Shown piece by piece: positions 57,532 through 64,000 of a stretch of 64,000 nucleotides of DNA. This DNA is from a bacterium (lineage in GTDB: Bacteria; Verrucomicrobiota; Kiritimatiellia; CAIKKV01; CAITUY01): NCBI GenBank assembly GCA_037128595.1, contig JBAXWB010000007.1, positions 96,588 to 160,587 on the forward strand, written 5' to 3'. The position numbers were made by a program, and so were the translations under genes. The stretch's first letter is position 1, and every line of letters begins with the position of its first letter. The notes under the pieces were generated by a model. It did no database searches and was not told where the DNA came from. It was given only the letters and a program-made list of their open reading frames with translations.

Positions 57532-57894
57532 TTATTGATTGTTTTGTTTGGCGGTACGGCCAGATGCGACAAATATAGCGGTGAGTTCCCCGGCTTCTTG
57601 ATGTAGTTGCGCAACCTTCCCTGCGGGAAGAAGCCCACCTTCCATAATTAATTCCATCCAAAGGGAACTTTCATCGGCTTCCTCGGCAACGACGCCAATC
57701 TTGGCGACAAACTCTGCTTTAGAACGGCTTCGGCATGAGGCACGATAATTGGCACCTACAGAGGTACCACTGCGCACAAGTTGATTTCCGATGGCTCGAC
57801 CTGCAGTGGTTTTCGGCAACGCATCGACGAGTTTCAGCACTCTCAATGCAAAAACCTTCGTCCGTTGCTTCAGTTCTGCCTCGTTCATGAGCAT
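57532..57894 (-). CDS. four-helix-bundle protein (TIGR02436, 23S rRNA intervening-sequence protein family)
   Basis: 120 aa; LKQRTKVFALRVLKLVDALPKTTAGRAIGNQLVRSGTSVGANYRASCRSRSKAEFVAKIGVVAEEADESSLWMELI is the textbook family pattern. Inserted between hsdR and hsdM. Confidence 0.8.
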   Translation of the reverse strand: MLMNEAELKQRTKVFALRVLKLVDALPKTTAGRAIGNQLVRSGTSVGANYRASCRSRSKAEFVAKIGVVAEEADESSLWMELIMEGGLLPAGKVAQLHQEAGELTAIFVASGRTAKQNNQ

Positions 57895-57901
57895 TTTCTC
57901 C

Positions 57902-57928
57902 TAATCAGAAATCCGCATTCAGAAATCA
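57902..57928. repeat. TAATCAGAAATCC / CATTCAGAAATCA, inverted partner of 57485-57511
   Basis: Lies between the hsdR stop and the four-helix-bundle start. Confidence 0.7.
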
Positions 57929-57937
57929 AAAATCACT

Positions 57938-60472
57938 TTAAGCCGCAAATTGGTTCAGTGACACGTAGTCTTTAATATATTCCGGGATCAGTGTCCGGTA
58001 TTTCGCGGGAACGGCCTTGAAGTCTTTTGTTGAGAAAGCAGGATTCGTGGCAAGATCGGCGTATTCTTTTTCGTCAATGATGTGGCGGACACGGCCGTCG
58101 GTGATGTAGGCCTTGAAGTAAGTTTTAATTGCCGGGATGGCCTCGGCTTCTTCGGGCTTGGTGTCGGCCACAAATTTGGCGAATTCCTCCTCCAGCAACT
58201 CGTCCTTGGATTTGAAACTGGGAATGAGACCGAAGATTTTCTCCAGGATCTCCCGCAAGGTGAGGCGCCGGTCCACTGCGGCCGCTTTGCGCAGTTTGTC
58301 CAGGGTGTAATATTCCCGGGGTTTGTCAAAAACCTCGCGGTTGACATAGTCAATGACTCGGTCCCACTGACCCGCCTCAATGGCGGCGGCAATGGTCTTG
58401 TTATCGCGTACGGCATCCTCGAATTTCTCAAAGAACATCCGGTCGATTTTCATCCCCTCATAGCCAATGGTCGCCTCCTTGACCGAGGCGATGATGTCCG
58501 CACCTTTATGATCATAAATACCACCAGGTGGGGGCGGTGGGTTGGGCCCCTCCCCACCTTTACCTTTCGGCTTGGGTAACTTCAGCACCTCGTCATACTT
58601 GAACTCCTGTTCGAAGTATTCGCAGTTGGCAAAAAAATCGAAAAGTTTATAGGCGCTCTTCTGGGGCTTTGTCACCCCCTCCTTGATGGCCGGATCAAAG
58701 ACCTGTTCCAGAAAGTTGTGCTTACGGGTGCCGCGTCCCTTGATCTGAATGAAATCAGTAGGCGAGAAAATGGGACGGAACAGTCCGAGGTTCAGGATAT
58801 CCGGACAATCATAACCGGTGGTCATCATGCCCACAGTCACACAGACCCGGGCCTTACTGGTCTTGTAGGCCGGAATGAAGTTGGCGGAACCCAGCAATTT
58901 GTTGTTGGTGAAGTTGATGGTGTGCTGCTGGGCTCCATCCACCTGAGAGGTCACCTGCACGGCAAAATCCGACTGGTATTTGCCGGGGAACATGCGGTCG
59001 GCCATCTGGTTCAGGATTTGCGTCAATTTGGCCGCATGGTTCTGGCTGACCGCAAAGATAATCGACTTGCCAATCTCACCGCTGACAGGATCACGAAGAG
59101 CATTTTCGATGAACGTCTTGCAAAACAACTGATTGGTGGAATCGGCAAAAAACCGCTTTTCAAACTCGCGCTGTTTATAGGCCTCCTCCTGGTCTTCCCC
59201 GGCATCATCCTTAAAGGTAACGACAAATCCCTCTTCGGAAAGAAGTTCGGTGGTGATTTCGGTGCGGGCATCCACCACCGTGGGATTAATCAAATACCCC
59301 TCCTTGACGCCATCAAGCAGGGAGTAGCGGTAAGTGGGCTGGCTGTTTTCGCACCCGAAAGTGCGGTACGTATCCAACAACAGTCGGCGCTCGGCTTCAC
59401 GCGGGTCACGCGTGGAGGCCTTGGCATGATCAAACCGCTTGAGGTAGTCACGGGGGGTGGCCGTCAACCCCAGTTTATACCCGATAAAATAATCAAACAC
59501 CGCGCGGGCATTGCCGCCAATGGAGCGGTGAGCTTCGTCAGAGATCACCAGGTCGAAATCCGTCGGCGAGAAAAGCTTCTGATATTTGTTATTGAACAAC
59601 AGGGACTGCACAGTGGTCACTACAATTTCCGCATGACGCCAGTCGTCCCGGTTTTCCTTGTAAATGACGGTCTTGAAGTCGGCCGAAAGCTGGGCATCGA
59701 ATGCTTTCTGGGCCTGGGTTTCCAACTCAAGACGGTCCACCAGAAACAGCACACGCCGGGCGTTGCCGGACCGCAAGAATAACTTGATCACCGCAGCGGC
59801 CGTCAAGGTCTTGCCGGTCCCCGTGGCCATCTCGAAAAGAAACCGGTCCTTCCCTTCTTTTACGGCCCGCTGTAAGGCATGGATGGCGTTCAACTGGTAA
59901 GGACGCAGAAAGCGGAGTTTATTGACCTGGATATAGCCGGGCCGCTCGGCTTCATTTTTCCAGGCCGCCTCGGATTGGTAGTTGGGGCACTGGGTCAGGA
60001 CGATATAGTCCGCACCGACCTGATCCTCGCCCAGTTGTTCCGGATTGGGCTTAACCTGCTGGTAGCCGGCAACGGAATCCGGCGTAGGGAAAGATGTGAT
60101 GAGGCAGGGATTTCCGCGTTCGAGATCCCAGAAATAATGCAGATTGCCATTGGAGAGGATGACAAAGCGGCAGTTTTGCGACTTCGCATACTTACGCGCC
60201 TGTTCTTTGCCGACCAGCGGGTCCTTGTTTTCGGCCTTGGCCTCCAGCACGAGGAAAGGGAAGCCTTTGGCATTGAGCAGGAGAAAGTCGATGAACCCTT
60301 TCCCGGCCTTCTCGAAGTTATTACCCAACGCATCAAGGTCATGCGCCTTAAGCACCACGCTGGGTTCAAGCTGAATGTTGGCGGGGCCGGCGTCGTCTGC
60401 AAAGAAACGCCAGCCGGCGGCTTCGAGCAGTTTATTGATCTTGATACGGGCGGTTGCTTCTTTATCAGCCAT
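57938..60472 (-). CDS. hsdR: type I restriction endonuclease subunit R (HsdR)
   Basis: 844 aa; N-terminal nuclease region; DEAD-box helicase motifs (EMATGTGKT Walker A, DEAH-like VISDEAHRS, TATP); C-terminal HsdR domain. Confidence 0.9.
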   Translation of the reverse strand: MADKEATARIKINKLLEAAGWRFFADDAGPANIQLEPSVVLKAHDLDALGNNFEKAGKGFIDFLLLNAKGFPFLVLEAKAENKDPLVGKEQARKYAKSQNCRFVILSNGNLHYFWDLERGNPCLITSFPTPDSVAGYQQVKPNPEQLGEDQVGADYIVLTQCPNYQSEAAWKNEAERPGYIQVNKLRFLRPYQLNAIHALQRAVKEGKDRFLFEMATGTGKTLTAAAVIKLFLRSGNARRVLFLVDRLELETQAQKAFDAQLSADFKTVIYKENRDDWRHAEIVVTTVQSLLFNNKYQKLFSPTDFDLVISDEAHRSIGGNARAVFDYFIGYKLGLTATPRDYLKRFDHAKASTRDPREAERRLLLDTYRTFGCENSQPTYRYSLLDGVKEGYLINPTVVDARTEITTELLSEEGFVVTFKDDAGEDQEEAYKQREFEKRFFADSTNQLFCKTFIENALRDPVSGEIGKSIIFAVSQNHAAKLTQILNQMADRMFPGKYQSDFAVQVTSQVDGAQQHTINFTNNKLLGSANFIPAYKTSKARVCVTVGMMTTGYDCPDILNLGLFRPIFSPTDFIQIKGRGTRKHNFLEQVFDPAIKEGVTKPQKSAYKLFDFFANCEYFEQEFKYDEVLKLPKPKGKGGEGPNPPPPPGGIYDHKGADIIASVKEATIGYEGMKIDRMFFEKFEDAVRDNKTIAAAIEAGQWDRVIDYVNREVFDKPREYYTLDKLRKAAAVDRRLTLREILEKIFGLIPSFKSKDELLEEEFAKFVADTKPEEAEAIPAIKTYFKAYITDGRVRHIIDEKEYADLATNPAFSTKDFKAVPAKYRTLIPEYIKDYVSLNQFAA

Positions 60473-60704
60473 TCGTTTCCCTATTCCACAGATATGTTTT
60501 CGAGAGTGTCAAAAGGCCACCGGGAAGGCAAGAGCGATGACTTCACCGGTCCGGTTATTTCTTTTCGAGCACCGCCAGGACCCGGTCCAGTTTCGCATTC
60601 AACTGCTTCACCTCGACACTGTTCTTATAGGCCATGGCCACCACTTTAACGGATATCAGAAAGACACCCGCCTCCAGGAACAGGTCGTGAGTCATTCCTT
60701 TGAC

Positions 60705-60795
60705 AAAAAAAAAGGATTCAGAACCCAGAATCCAGGAAGTGATCTCACTCCCCATTCTGACTCCTGAATCCTGACTTCTGGATTCTGTCTTTTTT
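60705..60795. terminator. bidirectional Rho-independent terminator (A9 - nested GGATTCAG / CTGAATCC and CAGAATCCAG / CTGGATTCTG hairpins - T6) downstream of the cyclophilin gene
   Basis: Read directly; the minus-strand transcript of the PPIase gene meets a hairpin followed by a U9 run. Confidence 0.55.
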
Positions 60796-61372
60796 ATTTC
60801 CGCTTCACGGACTTGATCATGACCGCAGTGGCGGGGACATCGCCCATGCCATTCTTGTTGGTCGTCTTGACGGCGGCGATCTTATCCACCACGTCCATAC
60901 CGGCCGTCACCTTGGCGAACACCGCATATCCGAAATCACGGCTGCCGTTATTGAGGAAGTCGTTATTGGCCACATTGATGAAGAACTGCGAGGTCGCGCT
61001 GTCCACCACCGCCGTGCGGGCCATGGCCAGGGTGCCGCGATCATTCTTGAGCCCGTTCTTAGCCTCATTCTTGATCGGCGCCTTGGTGCTCTTCTGGCTC
61101 ATATTGGCTTCGAAACCGCCACCCTGGATCATGAAATTGGGGATCACGCGGTGAAAGACCGTGTTGTCATAAAAGGCCGCATCCACATAGGCCAGGAAAT
61201 TACTGACCGACACCGGGGCCTTGTCCGCAAACAGTTCGATCTCGATATCGCCCTCGGACGTCGCCATCACCACCACTGTATTCGCTGTCACATTCGTCGT
61301 CATATTTGTCTCTCCTGCACTCACGGACCCCGCGAGCAGCATTGTTGTTAACGCCATCATTGATAGTTTCAT
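60794..61372 (-). CDS. peptidyl-prolyl cis-trans isomerase, cyclophilin type (secreted)
   Basis: Signal peptide; [15 protein letters not shown] ... cyclophilin core. Confidence 0.9.
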   Translation of the reverse strand: MKLSMMALTTMLLAGSVSAGETNMTTNVTANTVVVMATSEGDIEIELFADKAPVSVSNFLAYVDAAFYDNTVFHRVIPNFMIQGGGFEANMSQKSTKAPIKNEAKNGLKNDRGTLAMARTAVVDSATSQFFINVANNDFLNNGSRDFGYAVFAKVTAGMDVVDKIAAVKTTNKNGMGDVPATAVMIKSVKRK

Positions 61373-61467
61373 AACTGACTCCTTAACCTAAACGCCGCTT
61401 ATGGTATTACAGCCTGCGCTGCCGGTCAATATCGCCGCATTGCCAGCCCGATTCCTTTATTGCTATA

Positions 61468-62256
61468 GTGCATTCCATGACACCTCTTGAACTCATCCGC
61501 ACGAAAACCGGTTTTATCTGCGACATGGACGGCGTGGTCTACCACGGAAACCAGCTCCTGCCCGGAGTCGTGGAATTTGTGAACTGGCTCAAGGCCGAAC
61601 AAAAGAAATTCCTCTTCCTGACCAACAGCAGCGAGCGGTCCCCGCGCGAGTTGTGCCACAAACTCAAACGACTCGGCCTTGACGTCAGTGAAGACCATTT
61701 TTACACCAGCGCCCTGGCCACCGCCGCCTTCCTGGCCAGCCAGCATCCCGGCGGCAGCGTCTATGTCATCGGCGAAGGCGGCCTGAACAATGCCCTCTAT
61801 GACGCCGGACTCACCAATAATGACATCAACCCGGACTATGTCGTGGTCGGCGAATCGCATGACTATACCTATGAGCGCATCTGCCGGGCAGTCAAACTGG
61901 TCCTCAAGGGCGCCAAGCTGATTGGCACCAACCCCGACCTGACAGGCCCGGTCGAAGGCGGACTGGTGCCCGCCACCGGCGCCCTGATGGCGCCCATAGA
62001 ACTGGCCACCGGCAGCAAGGCGTACTATGTGGGCAAGCCCAATCCGCTGATCATGCGCAACGCCCTCAAGAAACTCGGTTGCCGCCGGGAGGAGTCGGTG
62101 ATCATCGGCGACCGGATGGACACGGACATCATCGCCGGCGTGGAGTCTGAAATTGACACCATCCTGGTCCTGACCGGGGTCAGCACGGAGGCGGATTTAA
62201 AGCATTTCGCCTATCGTCCGCACCATGTGATCAAAGACCTGCAGACACTTTTATAA
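61468..62256 (+). CDS. HAD-IIA family hydrolase (NagD-like sugar-phosphatase)
   Basis: FICDMDGVVY (DxDG motif I), LTNSS, GKP, IGDRMDTD motifs. Confidence 0.85.
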   Translation: MHSMTPLELIRTKTGFICDMDGVVYHGNQLLPGVVEFVNWLKAEQKKFLFLTNSSERSPRELCHKLKRLGLDVSEDHFYTSALATAAFLASQHPGGSVYVIGEGGLNNALYDAGLTNNDINPDYVVVGESHDYTYERICRAVKLVLKGAKLIGTNPDLTGPVEGGLVPATGALMAPIELATGSKAYYVGKPNPLIMRNALKKLGCRREESVIIGDRMDTDIIAGVESEIDTILVLTGVSTEADLKHFAYRPHHVIKDLQTLL

Positions 62257-64000
62257 GCCGCCCGCCAGTAACTCCATGATGGTCTCCGCCACCTGGTCGG
62301 CGGTGGGTGTCGTCGTATCCACCTGATGAGGAATGGCGGCATACAGGGCCTTGCGTTTCTCCAGAAGCTCCACAATCCGCTGCATGCGGTCTTTCTCTTC
62401 CAACAGGGGCCGGTTGCGGTCCTTGGCGGTACGTTTGAAAATGGCCTCCGGCGTGGCCGTCAGACACACCACCCGCCCAGTCCGGCCATAGTCCCGGACA
62501 TTGTCGGGATCAAGCACCACCCCGCCGCCACAGGCGATCACCAGCCCGTGTTGCCGGGAAAGCTCCTGCGACAAGGCCCGCTCCAGGGCACGGAAATGCG
62601 GTTCCCCTTCCTCGGCAAAAATCCGGGCAATCGGCTTTCCCGCCCGCTCCACCAGGATCGCATCCATATCCAGGAACCGCATGCCGAGCCGATGCGCCAA
62701 TACCCGGCCAACCGTGCTTTTGCCGGTCCCCATAAAGCCCATAAGGACGATGTTGGAGAGGTTGTTATTGGTTATCAGTTCCTGGTGATTGGGACAGGTG
62801 GGGGCGGACCAGATCAGCTTTCCATCACAGAATGTTTTGATGGCGCGACCGATCAGCGGCCACCCGTCAAAGGGAGTGTTGCGGGATTTGGACGCAAACT
62901 CATCAGCGTTGACTACCCATTCATGTTCAAGATCCAACAGGACCAGATCCGCAGGCGCCCCCGGGGCCAGGGTGGGCGCAGGCCGGCCGATAATGCGGGC
63001 CGGCTCGGTCGTCCAGCGGGCGGCCCAGTCGAGTGCCGTCATCAGCCCCTTTTTGACCAGCAGGGTATAAGTGACCCCGACAGCCGTTTCGAGGCCAACC
63101 ACTCCAAAGGGCGCGGTCAGAAATCCCTTGGCCTTGGTCGCCGCCGTGTGGGGCGCATGATCAGTGGCAAAACACGCCAACGAGCCATCCAACAAGCCCG
63201 CCACCAGGGCGGTGCGATCCGCCTCGCTCCGGACGGGCGGATTCATTTTGTAACATTCCGGTTTCGCCGCATCGACCATGGCATCAGTCAGCGCCAGATG
63301 ATGCGGGGTCAGTTCGCCCGACACCCGCAGCCCGTCCTGACGGGCTGTCCGGATGAGATCCACCGATCCGGCCGCTGACACATGCTGGATATGCATCGCA
63401 CAACCGGTGGTGCGGGACAGTTGAATGTCGCGCTCCACAATCACGGTTTCTGCCGCCGAGGGAATTCCCGCCAGGCCCAGGGCGCGGGAATACACCCCTT
63501 CGTGCATCACCCCCCGGCCGGCCAGTTTTCCATCCAGGGCATGATCCATCACGGGAATATTCAGCCGACCGGCTTCCTGCATGGCCCTTTCCATTACCTC
63601 ATTACTGGATACCGTGCACCCATCATCGGTGAAAGCCACGGCTCCGGCCCGGGCCAGGGCGGCCAGATCAGCCACCTCATACCCCGACCGGCTCCGGGTA
63701 ATGCAGGGCGCGGGCAAGACATGAATCAGGTTTGCGGCAGCGGCCCGCTCCGCCAGGGCGGCCACCTGCGCGGGCGTATCCAGCGCCGGATTGGTGTTGG
63801 GCATCACCACGATCGCAGTGAAGCCGCCGCGCGCGGCCGCCTGACATCCGGTGGCTACCGTCTCCGCCGCTTCATGCCCGGGCTCGCGGAGATGGACATG
63901 AAGATCGATCAGGCCCGGGACCGCCACCAACCCTTTTGCATCCATCACCACGGCGTCAGGCGGCAAAACATCGGGCACGGCGGCAAACACCCCGTCCTGG
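62251..64000 (-). CDS. dihydroorotase fused in-frame to shikimate kinase (5' end beyond window)
   Basis: N-terminal about 410 aa: PGLIDLHVHLREPG ... FATDHAPH (cyclic amidohydrolase/DHOase). It continues without a stop into NIVLMGFMGTGKSTVGRVLA ... (AroK P-loop, about 165 aa). The reading frame stays open to position 64000, and the expected DHOase N-terminal ~20 aa are missing. Confidence 0.7.
   Translation of the reverse strand, partial: QDGVFAAVPDVLPPDAVVMDAKGLVAVPGLIDLHVHLREPGHEAAETVATGCQAAARGGFTAIVVMPNTNPALDTPAQVAALAERAAAANLIHVLPAPCITRSRSGYEVADLAALARAGAVAFTDDGCTVSSNEVMERAMQEAGRLNIPVMDHALDGKLAGRGVMHEGVYSRALGLAGIPSAAETVIVERDIQLSRTTGCAMHIQHVSAAGSVDLIRTARQDGLRVSGELTPHHLALTDAMVDAAKPECYKMNPPVRSEADRTALVAGLLDGSLACFATDHAPHTAATKAKGFLTAPFGVVGLETAVGVTYTLLVKKGLMTALDWAARWTTEPARIIGRPAPTLAPGAPADLVLLDLEHEWVVNADEFASKSRNTPFDGWPLIGRAIKTFCDGKLIWSAPTCPNHQELITNNNLSNIVLMGFMGTGKSTVGRVLAHRLGMRFLDMDAILVERAGKPIARIFAEEGEPHFRALERALSQELSRQHGLVIACGGGVVLDPDNVRDYGRTGRVVCLTATPEAIFKRTAKDRNRPLLEEKDRMQRIVELLEKRKALYAAIPHQVDTTTPTADQVAETIMELLAGGL

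Noticed and set aside
60555-60755. 66-aa minus-strand ORF upstream of hsdR
   Set aside because: Its first 20 codons are the translated cyclophilin terminator hairpin. A shorter 46-aa version (from an internal Met) is possible but unsupported.
1-64000. CRISPR arrays, rRNA genes, recognisable IS/transposase genes
   Set aside because: Looked for short regularly spaced direct repeats and for transposase-like ORFs and found none. The only tandem repeats are the 141-bp coding duplication and short 10-13-bp motifs listed above.

Overview
This is a 64 kb window of GC-rich (~58-60%) bacterial chromosome. Its gene content resembles the PVC superphylum (Verrucomicrobia/Lentisphaerae-like): prepilin-type N-terminal pseudopilin, autotransporter-associated beta-strand-repeat protein, many GT/PAP2 envelope genes. 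That taxonomic guess is tentative. No rRNA genes or CRISPR arrays were seen.

Layout, left to right:
1. A partial tyrosine integrase running off the left edge, with short GGCGCAAAC repeats, next to tRNA-Leu(TAG).
2. Core genes and a minus-strand operon: grpE, a CDF transporter, M48 and MA-type metallopeptidases, a GDSL hydrolase, two Gfo/Idh/MocA oxidoreductases and an FAD oxidoreductase.
3. A ~17 kb locus (9.0-26.6 kb) with a divergent AraC regulator, two giant repeat-rich secreted proteins (1084 and 1376 aa), a beta-strand-repeat protein, a 711-aa protein, a CocE/NonD hydrolase, a GPH-type MFS transporter and a beta-helix protein. Four promoter regions in it share a TTGTGA-N14-TTGTGA direct-repeat motif, a putative AraC-type regulon.
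4. A small GIY-YIG nuclease gene bracketed by duplicated flanking sequence next to tRNA-Gly(TCC).
5. ahcY, an NAD-dependent epimerase, exbB and exbD, a pseudopilin, and an envelope glycoconjugate cluster (GT87/DUF2029, GT4, PAP2, MurG-like GT, YdjC deacetylase, ICMT-type methyltransferase).
6. A MipA-like outer-membrane protein, a tandem pair of TM2-like small secreted proteins, a YidD-domain fusion and a LolA-like protein.
7. A lower-GC accessory island (~46.0-60.8 kb) of defence and selfish genes. It holds a Fic protein, a LacI-HTH/proline-rich protein flanked by 30-bp direct repeats, two four-helix-bundle proteins, a DUF433/DUF5615 toxin-antitoxin-like pair, and a type I R-M system (hsdR, four-helix-bundle insert, fused hsdM-hsdS).
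8. Directly behind the R-M genes in the same operon sits a four-gene module: a 301-aa protein, an 81-aa helical protein, a coiled-coil ABC/SMC-like ATPase, and a DUF2235 (Tle1-like) alpha/beta-hydrolase. I interpret it as an ABC-three-component-like candidate anti-phage system with a lipase-like effector, and it is the strongest candidate for a previously undescribed system in this window.
9. Cyclophilin, a HAD-IIA hydrolase, and an apparent dihydroorotase-shikimate kinase fusion that runs off the right edge.

The ORF track calls GTG/TTG starts as M. Several starts below were re-chosen on signal-peptide, RBS or overlap grounds. All product calls rest on motif recognition by eye, not database searches.
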